Shown here piece by piece: positions 9,303-21,042 of a DNA stretch of 64,000 bases (its first letter is position 1; each line of letters starts with the position of its first letter). A model generated the notes under the pieces. The model was not told where the DNA came from and made no database searches. It saw only the letters and a list, made by a program, of their open reading frames with translations. Source of the DNA: Verrucomicrobiota bacterium (GTDB lineage: Bacteria > Verrucomicrobiota > Verrucomicrobiia > Opitutales > Seribacteraceae); the NCBI GenBank assembly GCA_027622665.1, contig JAQBYT010000010.1, positions 56,768-120,767 on the forward strand. Reading direction: 5' to 3'. Both the position numbers and the translations under genes were made by a program.

Positions 9303-12300
9303 TCCTTGTTCAGGGTTTCATCCAAGTTAAGCAAATTCAAGCAAAGGGCAGCCCATGCAGCTCGAATGATCGGAGAAACCTCGGATTTCGGCTTGGAATC
9401 GCCGTGTGTGAGAAATCGACGGGCAGCTTCAGGGTCTTCCGTGAAGCTGGCGATGCCTCGCTCCAAGCTACGTTTCAATAGGGTCAGTTCCTCCGCAGAT
9501 GGGTTTCGACCAAGCACCCTCTTCGTGGCTAAACGCAGCCGCGTCTCGTCATCCATGGCGTCGCGAAGAAGGATATCGGCAAGGGCGCGGCCAGCCTCTA
9601 CATAAGTAACGTCGTTCATGATGGTGAGTGCATGCATGGGCGTGTTGGTCCGCAAGGGTTTCACCTCGCACACTTGGCGCTTGGCCACGTCGAAAAACAT
9701 GGCAGGCCCGATAATGCGGCGCCAGTAGGTGTACAAGCTCCGCCGGTAAAGAGCCAGGCCCTTGTCCTCGCGGTACTGTTTTTTCCCGAAAGTGGCGTCC
9801 GCCCAAAGGCCTGTAGGTTGGTAGCTATAGACGGCTTTCCCACCTATTTGCGGGTTCAGCAATCCCGAAACGGCAAGAGCCTGGTCGCGAATCATCCAGG
9901 AAGGCATACGAAAACGCGGGCCCCGGGCCAAAAGCCGATTCTCGGGATCCCGTTCGTATTCGGCAAAGGAAGATAGGATTGAACTGCGACGGTAGGTTTC
10001 ACTGGTGACGATGGTTCGAATCAAGCCCTTTACGTCCCAACCGGATTCCATGAATTCGGCGGCCAACCAATCGAGCAGTTCGGGATGACGAGGATATTCC
10101 GCCTGCACACCAAAATTTTCGGTCGTCTTGACCAAGCCCACCCCGAAAAGCATTTGCCAAAAGCGGTTCACGGTGACGCGGGCAGTGAGGGGATGCTTCG
10201 GATCCATCAACCATCGAGCCAAATCCAAGCGGTTAGGATTTTCCGTCTTGGGCAAAGGAGGCAACCAAGCCGGCACATTGGCGGAAACTGGTTTGCCGCG
10301 CTGGTTGTAGAGACCTCTGTCGAGCATGAAGGTCTGCCGGGGTTTCGCCATGTCGGCCATAACCATGACTTTGGGGAAGGAACTTTGGGTCTTCTTCACC
10401 TTTGCTTCGAGCTCGCGTTGCCTTTGCCGCAAGGCGAACAAGCTACCGTCCTGGGCCGCAAAGGCCTCCATCACAGTCTTTTGATCAGATGGGCTACGTT
10501 TATCGGAAGCTGTTTTTAGAGCAGAGATCAAGCCGTCTCGATCGCTCTTCAGGGAGGGTTCCGAACTGGAAGTCGAAGAGAATCGGAAATGACCAAGATT
10601 GTGATGTTTGTGCTCTGAATTGAATTTCAAGGTGACCTCCAATTCGGCTCCCTTGACCACCTCGATGCTTTTCTTGAGGCGAAAGGCGGCCGCATGATCG
10701 CGCTCAATGGGTTTGCCCGCCCAAACCGCCCACCCGGAGGTCGGGTTGTCGTCAAAGACATTCGTGACCTTGAGCAGTCCTTGTTCGAAGGTTACGGTGG
10801 CGCTGGCGACCTCAAATGGAACAAACTGGTCCACGGGGGTCTTTCGAACCTTGAATAGGATATCGGTAAGGACGAAGTTCCCGCTATCGGAACGAGCCAA
10901 GCCACCATGCGTCATTTTGGGATGACGAATGGCCTCTAGCCTGAAGCCGGTGATCTTTCCTGCGCCCAGGAGGTAAACGACTTGATATTCGTCCTTTTCG
11001 GGATTTTCACCCGAGGCGTAGATCAAACCGCTTTCCAGAATCTCGAGGGTTTGCTTCTTTGCCTTGGCTTCTTGTGGAAGGAGTCTCTGCCAGTCGTTCG
11101 CGGGCAGGTTTTTGAGAACCTTTGCTTCCCACTTAGCTTTAGCGCTGCCCTGTTCCTTTTGGCGGCTTTCGATATCCTTTTGCAAAGCGTCGATATCCTT
11201 TCGCAACTGGACCAATTCTTCGTTCTGGACGGTGGTGCCTGCCTGCAGAACGGGTTTTGTGAATGGATCCCCTCCCCCGCCATTGACCGGCGTCTGGTTG
11301 AAGAAGGCGTTGAGTTGGTAATATTCACTCTGCAGCAAGGGATCGAACTTGTGATCGTGGCAACGGGCGCAAGTCAAGGTGAGCCCCATCCACAAGGTAC
11401 CCATGGTTTCCGTCATGTCCCAAACGTACTCGACCCGATTTTCCTCCGCGATACGACCGCCTTCGCCATTGATCATGTGGTTGCGGTTGAACCCGGTCGC
11501 AAGAATTTGTTCCTGGGTGGCGCCAGGCAACAAATCGCCGGCAAGTTGCCAAATGGTAAACTGGTCATAGGGGAGATTCTCGTTGAATGCCTTTACCACC
11601 CAGTCCCTCCACGGCCACATGGTACGTTCGCGGTCACCTTGGTAGCCGTTGGTGTCGGCATAGCGGGCAGCCTCCAGCCAATCCCAAGCCATCCGTTCAC
11701 CATAGGCAGTGGCTTGCAAGGTGCGTTCCACGAGTCGCTCCCATGCATCGGGCTTTTCATCCCCCAGAAAAGATTCGATTTGCCCTGCGGTGGGCGGAAG
11801 ACCGGTGAGGTCGAGCTTGAGACGGCGAATGAGGGTCTCGCGGTTGGCCGAGGGATTGGCCTTGAACTCGTCCTGTTTCAAACGAGCGTCGACCAGGACG
11901 TCTATGGGATGCCTCTCCTTGTCCTTCACGGTTGGCCGGTCGACTGGTTCAAAGCTCCAGTGATCTTTCCATTTGGCTCCACCGGCAATCCACTCCTTGA
12001 GCAAATCGATTTTCTTCTTGGACAGGTTGCGGTTAGAGTCATGGGGTGGCATCCTTTCCTCGGGGTCATTGGAAGAAATGCGAGCGAACAGCTCACTTTT
12101 CGCCGGATTGCCCGGCACAACCGCTGCATAACCACCAAGATCAGCCAAAGCGCCTTCCTTTATGTCCAAACGCAACTTGGCCTTGCGTTTCTTGGCATCG
12201 GGCCCATGGCAATGAAAGCAATTGTCGGAAAGAATGGGGCGAATGTCCCGGTCGAAAGAAACTTCTTTCGCATCAACACAGCAGAAAGTGCCCGAAATGA

Positions 12301-12352
12301 TCACTGTCAGCAGAGAGACAGGATTAATTCCAAGGTATTTCTGCCTATTCAT
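9299..12352 (-). CDS. PSCyt1 + DUF1549 + DUF1553 (PSD1) protein (cassette A) with galactose-binding-like insert
   Basis: [64 protein letters not shown] and RTNTP. Central insert ITGFRLEA...GNFVLT. Confidence 0.92.
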   Translation of the reverse strand: MNRQKYLGINPVSLLTVIISGTFCCVDAKEVSFDRDIRPILSDNCFHCHGPDAKKRKAKLRLDIKEGALADLGGYAAVVPGNPAKSELFARISSNDPEERMPPHDSNRNLSKKKIDLLKEWIAGGAKWKDHWSFEPVDRPTVKDKERHPIDVLVDARLKQDEFKANPSANRETLIRRLKLDLTGLPPTAGQIESFLGDEKPDAWERLVERTLQATAYGERMAWDWLEAARYADTNGYQGDRERTMWPWRDWVVKAFNENLPYDQFTIWQLAGDLLPGATQEQILATGFNRNHMINGEGGRIAEENRVEYVWDMTETMGTLWMGLTLTCARCHDHKFDPLLQSEYYQLNAFFNQTPVNGGGGDPFTKPVLQAGTTVQNEELVQLRKDIDALQKDIESRQKEQGSAKAKWEAKVLKNLPANDWQRLLPQEAKAKKQTLEILESGLIYASGENPEKDEYQVVYLLGAGKITGFRLEAIRHPKMTHGGLARSDSGNFVLTDILFKVRKTPVDQFVPFEVASATVTFEQGLLKVTNVFDDNPTSGWAVWAGKPIERDHAAAFRLKKSIEVVKGAELEVTLKFNSEHKHHNLGHFRFSSTSSSEPSLKSDRDGLISALKTASDKRSPSDQKTVMEAFAAQDGSLFALRQRQRELEAKVKKTQSSFPKVMVMADMAKPRQTFMLDRGLYNQRGKPVSANVPAWLPPLPKTENPNRLDLARWLMDPKHPLTARVTVNRFWQMLFGVGLVKTTENFGVQAEYPRHPELLDWLAAEFMESGWDVKGLIRTIVTSETYRRSSILSSFAEYERDPENRLLARGPRFRMPSWMIRDQALAVSGLLNPQIGGKAVYSYQPTGLWADATFGKKQYREDKGLALYRRSLYTYWRRIIGPAMFFDVAKRQVCEVKPLRTNTPMHALTIMNDVTYVEAGRALADILLRDAMDDETRLRLATKRVLGRNPSAEELTLLKRSLERGIASFTEDPEAARRFLTHGDSKPKSEVSPIIRAAWAALCLNLLNLDETLNKE

Positions 12353-12440
12353 AAATGTAGATCATCATGCAAGGTAATGTCACAAAAACTCTGTTTGCGT
12401 ACCGTAAGAGTATTAGCATTTGAGGAGAGAACAGAGGCAT

Positions 12441-13877
12441 TCACCCGATAATATCTTTAACCACGCGTGATTTCTCCACGCCTGTCAGTTTCTGGTCAAG
12501 ACCTTGAAAGGGGAAGCTCAGCGTGCGGTGGTCAACTCCGAGGAGGTGGAGCATAGTCGCGTGGAGATCGCGCACGTTCACGGGGTTTTCGACTACGTTG
12601 TAACTGAAGTCATCGGTCTTGCCATAATGTATGCCGCCCTTAATGCCACCTCCGGCGAGCCATCCCGAAAAGCAGCGAGGATGGTGGTCGCGACCATAGT
12701 TTTCACGAGTGATATTGCCTTGACCATACACCGTGCGGCCAAATTCCCCCACAAAAACAACCAACGTGTCGTCGAGAAGCCCACGCAACTTCAGATCCTT
12801 GAGCAAGGCGGCGGTGGGCTGATCGACGTCCCTGCATTGCCCTCTCATGTTATTGGGCAAGCTGGAATGATGATCCCAACCACGATGAAACAGTTGCACG
12901 AAACGAACGTCCCTCTCGGCCATTCGTCGAGCGAGAAGGCAATTTCTGGCATAAGACCCAAGTTTGTTCACCTCCGGGCCGTACATGTCCAGAACCTCCT
13001 TCGGTTCCTTGGAAATATCGGTCAACTCGGGCACCGACGACTGCATGCGAAAAGCCATCTCCTGCTGTGCGATGGTTGTCTGTATCTCGGGATCTCCGAT
13101 CTCCGCCAAATGCTTCCGATTCAAGGTGGCAAGCGAGTCGAGCATGCTCCGGCGCACCTGGCCATCGATACCCTTGGGATTGGAGAGGAACAAGACCGGG
13201 TCGCCCACGGTTTGAAAAGAAGTACCTTGATACTTGGAAGGCAGGAAACCACTCCCCCACAGCCGGGCATATAGGGCCTGAACATTCACCCGCCCGCTCC
13301 AGAAAGCCGAAGGCAAAACCACGAAATCCGGCAAGTCCTTGTTCAAGGATCCCAAGCCATAGCTCAGCCAAGAGCCCATGCTTGGCTTGCCGGGTGTTTC
13401 CGACCCGGTGCAAAAGGAGGTCTTGCCGGGGTCGTGATTAATGGCGTTGGTGTTGAAGGAATGAACAAGGCAGAGGTCGTCCGCAGACGCAGAGAGGTGG
13501 GGAAGCAGTTCGCTCATCCAAACTCCGCTCTTTCCTTTTTGGGCGAACTTAAAGGTCGATGGAGCAACAAATTGTTGCTTGCCTCGAGTCATCGCGGTCA
13601 CGCGCTGCCCTTTGCTTATGGATTTGGGCAACTCGGTTTTGAAGAGCTTGTGGAGATCGGGTTTGTAATCGAACAAGTCTACTTGGCTCGGGGCCCCGGC
13701 CATGAACAGGAAGATGATACGTTTCGCCTTGGGCTTGGTAACTGAACCTGCATTGGCGGCGAACCCCTGCTTGGAGAGCAAGGAAGCCAAGGCGGCTGTC
13801 CCCAAGCCCATTCCAGCATTCAGTAAAAAGGAGCGGCGCGATTGGAGGAGGTCGAAGTCTGTCAAAGGGTCCTTCAT
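12441..13877 (-). CDS. DUF1501 protein (cassette B), Tat signal
   Basis: [39 protein letters not shown] and GRDHHP. Start placed at ATG 13877, 1 nt after the partner's stop (ORF track 13919). Confidence 0.92.
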   Translation of the reverse strand: MKDPLTDFDLLQSRRSFLLNAGMGLGTAALASLLSKQGFAANAGSVTKPKAKRIIFLFMAGAPSQVDLFDYKPDLHKLFKTELPKSISKGQRVTAMTRGKQQFVAPSTFKFAQKGKSGVWMSELLPHLSASADDLCLVHSFNTNAINHDPGKTSFCTGSETPGKPSMGSWLSYGLGSLNKDLPDFVVLPSAFWSGRVNVQALYARLWGSGFLPSKYQGTSFQTVGDPVLFLSNPKGIDGQVRRSMLDSLATLNRKHLAEIGDPEIQTTIAQQEMAFRMQSSVPELTDISKEPKEVLDMYGPEVNKLGSYARNCLLARRMAERDVRFVQLFHRGWDHHSSLPNNMRGQCRDVDQPTAALLKDLKLRGLLDDTLVVFVGEFGRTVYGQGNITRENYGRDHHPRCFSGWLAGGGIKGGIHYGKTDDFSYNVVENPVNVRDLHATMLHLLGVDHRTLSFPFQGLDQKLTGVEKSRVVKDIIG

Positions 13878-13878
13878 G

Positions 13879-16317
13879 TTATTCACGGGTCTTGGTGATA
13901 TCAAGGTTGTAGAGAGCATTGACCAGAACGGTCCAAGCGGCGAGCTGAGCCTTCTTCTCCGCGTCTCCCACGTTCAATCCCTGGCAAATCGCATCCGCCA
14001 ACGCCGGTTGCTCGAGATAGTTCTTTTGCAGGTTTCGCACAAGGTCGTCCAGAACTTGCCGTTCCTTCTCGTCCGGCAACTTGGATGTCACGGTCTCGTA
14101 TGTGAAAGCCAGTCGCCTTGGTCCATTCGTCGCCTCTGCCTCCAAGGCCTTTCGAGCTAGCTCTCGAGCCGCCTTGAGGTATTCGCTTTCGTTGAGGAGC
14201 AACAAAGCTTGAGCCGGTGTGTTGGTACGTTCGCGACGGGCGATGCAGGCGTCACGAGTGGGGGCATTGAGGATAGTCATCTGGGGCGGAGGCATACCGC
14301 GTTTCCAGTAAGTGTACAGACTGCGGCGATAGATGGCGTCCCCTCCATCGGCCTTGAATCTCTCTCCTGTCATTGTGACCGATTTCCAAAGGCCATCCGG
14401 TTGAGGTGGCTTGACGCTCTTGCCAAACATCGTGTTCACGAGCAAACCACTGGTCGAGAGTATCTGGTCGCGAATCATTTCGGCGTCCATCCTGTAGCGG
14501 GAACCTCGGGCCAAATTTCGATTTTCAGGATCCTTCGCGAATTGTTCCGGTTTAGAAACGGAGGATTGGCGATAGGTCCTCGACAGCACGATCTGCTTGA
14601 TCAACGTCTTCACGTCCCATCCTGATTCAATGAACGACACCGTGAGATGATCGAGCAATTCGGGGTGACTGGGGACTTCGCCTTGGGCCCCGATATCCTC
14701 GGAAGTCTTCACCAAGCCCGTCCCGAAGAACTGCTGCCAAAAACGATTCACTACAACCCGTGCAGTAAGCGGATTACTGGGATCGACGAACCAATCGGCA
14801 AGATCCATGCGGGTCGCGGTCTCGCCCGCTTTCTTCAAGGCGGGTAAAAATTCGGGCGTGTTGCGCGTGACTAATTCTCCGGGAGCGTCGTATTGGCCCC
14901 TTATCCTGATATGGGTGGGGCGCACCTCCATTCGTTCTTTCATGACCATCACCCGAGGAATTTCACGATCGAGCCGATCACGATTTCCCTTCAAGGCATT
15001 GTACTTGCCGGTCAAGGATCCGAGTTCTTGCGAAAGGACTTTCTTTTTATTGGCCTCTTTCTCTCCAGCTATTTTCTTCTCAAGCTCTTTTACCTCATTG
15101 TCGCTCTCTGCGAGCTGCTTGCTGAACTGCTCCAAGTTCTTGTGCTGCTCAGGTGTTCCCAAGGGCAAAAAGGGAGGCTGAAGGCCATTCTTGGGCCGAC
15201 CGCCGGTTTCAGGGGCAGCGTCGATGTTATTGAAGAAAGCGAACAAGGAGTAGAAATCTTTCTGGGTGAGTGGATCATATTTATGGTCGTGGCAGGTAGC
15301 GCAATGCACGGTCATCCCCATGAAAGTGGTACCAACGGCCGTGACCCGGTCGACCACGTTCTTGAAGAAGCTCTCCTCGGGCAATGCTGTGCCACGGTCA
15401 ATGATGAGGTGCAGTCGATTGAAAGCCGAGGCTACCAGTTGATCGCTTGTCGCATTGGAGAACAAGTCACCAGCCAACTGATAGCGAACGAAGTCGTCAT
15501 AGCCCAAATTGTCGTTAAATGCCCGGATCACCCAATCGCGATAGGCAATGAAATTACGGTAAAAGTCCTTGTGCATGCCATTGGTATCGGCAAAGCGGAC
15601 TAGGTCCAACCAGTATCGGGCGACATGCTCCCCATATTGCTTTTTGCCCAACAAACGATCGACGAGAGCTTCGTAAGCCTCAGAACGATCATCCGACAAA
15701 AACGCCTTTATCTCATCTCGGGTGGGTGGCAACCCGGTCAAGTCGAGGCTGACCCTTCGTATCAAGGTTCGTTTGTCCGCTTCTGTGGAAGGATGAAGGT
15801 TCAGGGCTTCGAGCTTAGCCAAAACAAGCCGATCGATCGGAAGGTTGCTCCAGTTGTTGTCTTTGAGTTTGGGAGCATCCGGTTTCTTGGCGGGAACAAA
15901 TGCCCAGAACCGCTCATAAGGGGCACCCGTTTCGATCCATCTCTTGACGATTGCTTGCTCCTCTTTGGAGAGCGGTTTCTTGTGTGCCTTAGGAGGAGGC
16001 ATCACCTCATCGGCGTCATCGGTGGTGATTCGATACCAAAGTTCGCTGTCCTTGATCGAGCCGGGATTGATCGCCGTCGTACCTTCGTGGGTGCGATAGG
16101 CACCGTCCTCGCCATCCGCCCGGTCCAACCGAAGCTTCGACTTGCGTTCATGAGCATCCGGCCCATGACACGCGAAACATCGGTCGGAGAGAATAGGAAA
16201 GACATCCCGATTGAAAGACACCTCCTTGGCTTCGGCAGTAATGGCATGGCTAAGTAGACACACCAACGAACAAGAAATCATTACGAGTCGAAATCTAGCT
16301 GACATCGGATAAATCAT
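13879..16317 (-). CDS. PSCyt1 + DUF1549 + DUF1553 protein (cassette B), minimal form with no central insert
   Basis: [15 protein letters not shown] and [11 protein letters not shown], then only a short coiled coil before the DUF1553 motifs ([15 protein letters not shown]). Confidence 0.92.
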   Translation of the reverse strand: MIYPMSARFRLVMISCSLVCLLSHAITAEAKEVSFNRDVFPILSDRCFACHGPDAHERKSKLRLDRADGEDGAYRTHEGTTAINPGSIKDSELWYRITTDDADEVMPPPKAHKKPLSKEEQAIVKRWIETGAPYERFWAFVPAKKPDAPKLKDNNWSNLPIDRLVLAKLEALNLHPSTEADKRTLIRRVSLDLTGLPPTRDEIKAFLSDDRSEAYEALVDRLLGKKQYGEHVARYWLDLVRFADTNGMHKDFYRNFIAYRDWVIRAFNDNLGYDDFVRYQLAGDLFSNATSDQLVASAFNRLHLIIDRGTALPEESFFKNVVDRVTAVGTTFMGMTVHCATCHDHKYDPLTQKDFYSLFAFFNNIDAAPETGGRPKNGLQPPFLPLGTPEQHKNLEQFSKQLAESDNEVKELEKKIAGEKEANKKKVLSQELGSLTGKYNALKGNRDRLDREIPRVMVMKERMEVRPTHIRIRGQYDAPGELVTRNTPEFLPALKKAGETATRMDLADWFVDPSNPLTARVVVNRFWQQFFGTGLVKTSEDIGAQGEVPSHPELLDHLTVSFIESGWDVKTLIKQIVLSRTYRQSSVSKPEQFAKDPENRNLARGSRYRMDAEMIRDQILSTSGLLVNTMFGKSVKPPQPDGLWKSVTMTGERFKADGGDAIYRRSLYTYWKRGMPPPQMTILNAPTRDACIARRERTNTPAQALLLLNESEYLKAARELARKALEAEATNGPRRLAFTYETVTSKLPDEKERQVLDDLVRNLQKNYLEQPALADAICQGLNVGDAEKKAQLAAWTVLVNALYNLDITKTRE

Positions 16318-16447
16318 CTGGACAAAACGTTAAGGGTTAGGCCTCTCAATGGTCAAGAGATGAAACAATCTATACACTAAATCTCTAAAGGGTGATTGAC
16401 GCTAAAATAGCTTTCTCGAACCACCGCTCTTAGCATATGGATTCGAC

Positions 16448-17860
16448 TTAGGCGATCAGTTGCTCGACTGCGTGGTGCTCCTCGACCCCGGTGAGGCGGA
16501 AGTCCAAGCCTTGGAAACGGAAGGACAATCGAGAATGATCAATTCCGAGAAGTTGTAGGATGGTGGCTTGCAGGTCGTGGACATGCACCGGGTCCTCGCT
16601 GACGTGGAACCCGAGTTCATCGGTCTGACCGAGGGTGATGCCGGGTTTGACCCCTCCGCCGGCCATCCACATGGTAAAGGCTTGTGGGTGATGGTCTCGT
16701 CCGCCGCTGCGCTTAAGTGCAGCGCTGGCCTCAACCATCGGGGTACGGCCGAATTCTCCTCCCCAGACGACAAGGGTATCTTCGAGCATGCCCCGTTGCT
16801 TGAGGTCCTGCACGAGGGCGGCGCTGGCCTGGTCTATCGCCTTGGCGTTGTTCTTGACGTTTCCCTCGACGTTGGAGTGCGCATCCCAACCCCCGTGGTA
16901 AAGCTGGATAAAACGAGTTCCGCGTTCGGCCAACCGGCGAGCCAGCAGGCAGTTGCTGGCGAAGTCGGACTTGCCTTCCTTGACTCCGTATAGTTCGAGG
17001 GTCTCCTTGCTTTCCTTGGAGAAGTCCATCAATTCGGGGGCCCGTGCCTGCATCCGGTAGGCCATCTCGTAGGCATCGATGCGGGCGGTGATTTCTGGGT
17101 CACGCAACCTTTGATGAGTCCCGCGATTGAGCTTGTTCAGCAGGTCGAGGGTCTGGCGCTGGGCGGTTCGGTCGATCCCCTTCGGGTTGGAGACGTGAAG
17201 GATTGGGTCAGAGCCTTCTCGAAAGGGAACTCCCTGATGCTCGGAGGGCAGGAAGCCGGATCCCCACATTGCGGATCCTCCGCTTAGGTTTCCTCCGCTT
17301 CTCATGACAACGAAGCCGGGAAGGTCATCCGACTCGCTCCCTATTCCGTAGCTAAGCCAGGAACCCATGCTTGCCCGCCCGGGGATTCCACTGCCCGTAG
17401 TCATGAACAGTTGGGCCGGGGCATGATTAAAGTGGTCGGTATGCATCGATTTGACGAAGGTCAAGTCATCCGCGACCTTGCTCAGGTAGGGCAACCGGTC
17501 CGAGAGTTCGGCCCCGGAATCTCCGTGCTTGGCAAAGGGAAAGCGTGGACCGAGAACGGCGGCGTCCGGCTGGATGAAGGCGTAGCGTTGACCCTTGATC
17601 ACGGAGGGAGGAATGGGTTTGCCCTCCATTTCCTTGAGCTTGGGTTTGTTGTCGAAGAGCTCGAGTTGGCTGGGAGCGCCGGCCATAAAGAGATAGATCA
17701 CCCGCTTGGCCTTGATCGGGAAGCGCATGAAGTCGGGCTTGCCGGTTGCTCCGAAGGATTCCTTGGCGAGCAGTGAGGCGAGGGCGATCTTGCCGACGCC
17801 AATTCCGCAATCCTGAAAAAAGTGACGGCGCGTGCGATGGAGGAGAGGAGGAACGTTCAT
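16448..17860 (-). CDS. DUF1501 protein (cassette C), Tat signal
   Basis: [45 protein letters not shown] and GRDHHP. ATGA overlap with its partner. Confidence 0.92.
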   Translation of the reverse strand: MNVPPLLHRTRRHFFQDCGIGVGKIALASLLAKESFGATGKPDFMRFPIKAKRVIYLFMAGAPSQLELFDNKPKLKEMEGKPIPPSVIKGQRYAFIQPDAAVLGPRFPFAKHGDSGAELSDRLPYLSKVADDLTFVKSMHTDHFNHAPAQLFMTTGSGIPGRASMGSWLSYGIGSESDDLPGFVVMRSGGNLSGGSAMWGSGFLPSEHQGVPFREGSDPILHVSNPKGIDRTAQRQTLDLLNKLNRGTHQRLRDPEITARIDAYEMAYRMQARAPELMDFSKESKETLELYGVKEGKSDFASNCLLARRLAERGTRFIQLYHGGWDAHSNVEGNVKNNAKAIDQASAALVQDLKQRGMLEDTLVVWGGEFGRTPMVEASAALKRSGGRDHHPQAFTMWMAGGGVKPGITLGQTDELGFHVSEDPVHVHDLQATILQLLGIDHSRLSFRFQGLDFRLTGVEEHHAVEQLIA

Positions 17861-20799
17861 GGCTTGGTGATGGCTTCGTCTAGGTTCATGATGGCTCGGG
17901 CAAGGAGAACTTTTCCAGCAAGTTCGGGAGTTGCTTTCTTGTCGTCGGCAATTTCACCGGGTTTGAGCTCCCCTTTGGTCAGGCGTTCGATTTGTTGGTC
18001 CAAGTAAGCTTGGAGAGCTTTGGTTTCTTCCCGGTTCGGGGCACGGGTAAGAAAACGGCGGAAGAGAGTGAGGACGGGATCCTTCTTTTGCAGGTGAACC
18101 TCTGTCCCGGCGGCACGGGCAAGCTCTAGGAACATCTCGTCGTTCAGTAGGGTCAGAGCTTGAAGGGGGGTATTGCTGCGGTCCCGCCTGGCGAGGCAGT
18201 TCTCGCCCGAGGTCCCGTCGAAGGTCATGTATCCGGCGAAGGGAGCGGTGCGCTTGACGAATGTGTAGATGGATCGTCGGTATCGATCCTCTCCTATGGA
18301 AACCTTCCAACTTTTGCCTCCGAAGGCATGGGCGAGCACACTAATGGGTTGCGGAGGATAGACGCCAGGTCCAAACATCTTGGAAGAAAGCTTTCCACTG
18401 GCGGCGAGCATGTGGTCACGAATCAACTCGCCTGACAAGCGAAAGCGGGGTCCTCGGGCAAGGAGGCGATTCCGGGGATCAAGTTCCAATAAACCCTCTG
18501 TCATCTCGGAACTTTGCCGGTAGGTCGAGCTGGTCACGATCAGGCGATGAAGTTTTTTTAGGGACATCCCTCGCCTGCGAAATTCCACCGCTAACCAATC
18601 GAGAAGCTCAGGGTGATCGGGGGCGGATGCTTGGGTGCCGAAATCTCCGCTCGTTCGGATCAATCCTTGCCCGAAGAAGGAGCGCCAGGCCCTGTTTGCG
18701 GTCACCCGATCGCCGAGGGGATTGCTTTCACTCACGAGCCAACGGGCGAGCTCCAAGCGGTTGACCGGGTCCTTTGGGCCGTTCTGTGCAAATACCGCGG
18801 GTATGCTTGGGCTTACCTGATGCTTCGGACTTATGTATTCTCCGCGATGACGAAGATAAATGGGGCGTGGGTTATCCACCGGTCTTTCTTGCATCACGAG
18901 GGTATTTCCGAGACGGGGAATTCTCCTCTTCAAATCTTCGAGGGGCTTTCGTTGCTTTTGCCACCGCGGATCTTGCTCGAGAAAAACCTTTCGCAAATGG
19001 GCAAGCTCCCCCACAGTGATATTCGAGTCTTGAGTAAGGATGGCTTCGATATCTGTTCCGTGTTTCTTAGCCTTGGGTTGTTTGGCGTCGGAAGTGGCGG
19101 AGAGGCGAAAGCGACCGAGACTGACCACGAAGTGTCGCTCAAAGAGCATCTCGATGGAAAACGGGATGTTTGCCGGGATGGGTTTTTCGAGGGGGAGAAC
19201 GAGATGATTCGGTTTGCCGGTCTGTCCGGCAGTAGACCATCCCGAAGACCCGTCCCTGTCGGTAACATTCTTAGCATCCGCCGAACCGCCTCCAATGCTG
19301 ATCTTGCCATAAGTGTGCGACGGGGCGTTGATCTTATGCTTGAAACCTTTGGACCTGACGGTGAATTCGCTAAGAAAGAAATCCCCGTTCCGCCCCTCGT
19401 AGTAGCATCTTCCCGGGCCACGCTGGGGTAGGCGATCGTCGGGCAAGACCTCCAAGCGCAAGGCGGAAATCGCGTGGTTACTGGTGAAATTCAAGTCAAA
19501 GACATCTCGTTTGGTAACATCGCCGGATGAGAAAATCGAACCATCCTTCATCACCTCAAGTTTGGGCAGGTTTGTCTTCATCGCGGTCGGGCGGATCGTA
19601 GTCCAGTGCGTGGCGTTCTTTGACGCTTCCTTCATCCAAACCTGAAAGGCTTCCTCGAATCCTTCGATCTCTTTTAGCAAGGCAACCGTCTTGGCCTCTA
19701 TTTGCTTTTGAACTTCTACCTTTTGCTTGGCTTGCTGTTCGGTATCCAAGAAAAGATCGGGTTCCTCGACATTGTCAAGCAGGGCCATAAGACCGTAGTA
19801 CTCGTCGTGGGTGATCGGGTCGTACTTGTGGGTGTGGCACTGGGCGCATCCGGTGGTCAGTCCCATCCACACCGTACCGGTGGTGGCTACCCGATCGACC
19901 GCGGCGTAGAAGCGAAACTCAAGAGGATCGATCCCCCCTTCCTCGTTCAGCTGCGTGTTTCGATGAAATCCGGTGGCAATCTTTTGTTCCTGACTGGCGT
20001 TGGGCAACATATCCCCGGCCAACTGCTCGATGGTGAACTGATCATAGGGCATATCCGCGTTGAGGGATCGGATGACCCAGTCCCGATATGGCCAAATGTT
20101 TCGAGGACGATCCTTTTCATAGCCGTTGGTATCGGCGTAGCGCGCGAGGTCGAGCCACTCACGACCCCATTTTTCCCCATAATGCGGAGAGGCGAGCAAC
20201 TCGTCGACCAATTGGTCGCAGGCATCGGGTCGCTTGTCTTGAACGAAGGCATCCGCCTGTTCCGGAGTGGGGGGCAGTCCGATCAAGTCGAGGTAGAGCC
20301 GTCGCACCAATGCGTAGTGGTCGGCTGCCTTGGAGGGAGATAGATTCTTTTGCTCGAGCTTAGCTAGAACGAAGGTGTCGATCGGGTTGCGTCCCCATTT
20401 TGATTTCGTTTGTGGAACCTCGGAGGAAACAGGCGGCACGAAAGCCCAGTGCTTGTCGTACTTGGCACCCTCCGCGATCCATTGGTCGAGCAAATCCTTT
20501 TCCTTTTCCGTCAAGGTCGCCTTGGATTCCGGTGGGGGCATGATTTCCTCGGGATCGTCGGATCGGATGCGGTAGTGAAATTCACTGTCCTCGATTTCAC
20601 CCGGAACGATGACCTCTTTCTTCAAGGCATCTCCCCTAAGATCCAACCGCAACTTGGCTTTGCGCCCTCCCTCGTCCGGACCGTGGCAGGCGTAGCACTT
20701 GCTAGCCAACAAAGGACGAATGTCCCTATTGAAATCCACCGCGAACAAGGGGAGGGTGTGGCAAAGGAACAGAGCGAGAATGCAGGACTGGAATTTCAT
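17857..20799 (-). CDS. PSCyt1 + DUF1549 + DUF1553 protein (cassette C) with galactose-binding-like insert
   Basis: Signal peptide MKFQSCILALFLC (start 20799; ORF track 20910), CYACHGPD, CAQCHTHKYDP, insert ISALRLEVLPDD...GDFFLSEF and SNTPLQAL. Confidence 0.92.
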   Translation of the reverse strand: MKFQSCILALFLCHTLPLFAVDFNRDIRPLLASKCYACHGPDEGGRKAKLRLDLRGDALKKEVIVPGEIEDSEFHYRIRSDDPEEIMPPPESKATLTEKEKDLLDQWIAEGAKYDKHWAFVPPVSSEVPQTKSKWGRNPIDTFVLAKLEQKNLSPSKAADHYALVRRLYLDLIGLPPTPEQADAFVQDKRPDACDQLVDELLASPHYGEKWGREWLDLARYADTNGYEKDRPRNIWPYRDWVIRSLNADMPYDQFTIEQLAGDMLPNASQEQKIATGFHRNTQLNEEGGIDPLEFRFYAAVDRVATTGTVWMGLTTGCAQCHTHKYDPITHDEYYGLMALLDNVEEPDLFLDTEQQAKQKVEVQKQIEAKTVALLKEIEGFEEAFQVWMKEASKNATHWTTIRPTAMKTNLPKLEVMKDGSIFSSGDVTKRDVFDLNFTSNHAISALRLEVLPDDRLPQRGPGRCYYEGRNGDFFLSEFTVRSKGFKHKINAPSHTYGKISIGGGSADAKNVTDRDGSSGWSTAGQTGKPNHLVLPLEKPIPANIPFSIEMLFERHFVVSLGRFRLSATSDAKQPKAKKHGTDIEAILTQDSNITVGELAHLRKVFLEQDPRWQKQRKPLEDLKRRIPRLGNTLVMQERPVDNPRPIYLRHRGEYISPKHQVSPSIPAVFAQNGPKDPVNRLELARWLVSESNPLGDRVTANRAWRSFFGQGLIRTSGDFGTQASAPDHPELLDWLAVEFRRRGMSLKKLHRLIVTSSTYRQSSEMTEGLLELDPRNRLLARGPRFRLSGELIRDHMLAASGKLSSKMFGPGVYPPQPISVLAHAFGGKSWKVSIGEDRYRRSIYTFVKRTAPFAGYMTFDGTSGENCLARRDRSNTPLQALTLLNDEMFLELARAAGTEVHLQKKDPVLTLFRRFLTRAPNREETKALQAYLDQQIERLTKGELKPGEIADDKKATPELAGKVLLARAIMNLDEAITKP

Positions 20800-21042
20800 T
20801 ATAAGGTATATGCCATTACGATCCCAAATCTTATGCGACCAAGAAACAATACCACAAGGACGAACCTTAAGACGGCAAATCGCCGGTGTCTGGATTGTAA
20901 ATTCATACAATGAAAATCACCATGCCAAAAATTCAATTTCCGATAAGGATCATCGATTGAGTCAAGTTCTAGTTAGGCAACAATAGAAAATCCCTTAGAT
21001 TATATATTGCTAACTGAAGGGGAATCCCGTCGGATAGGATGA

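Noticed and set aside
10982..12451. Long antisense ORFs (489 aa here; also 40494-41660, 46343-47290, 49074-49958, 59778-61139, 61155-62132, 62237-63241)
   Set aside because: They lie opposite well-supported genes, have no recognisable motifs and recur opposite paralogues. This is the expected shadow of codon bias in GC-rich genes.
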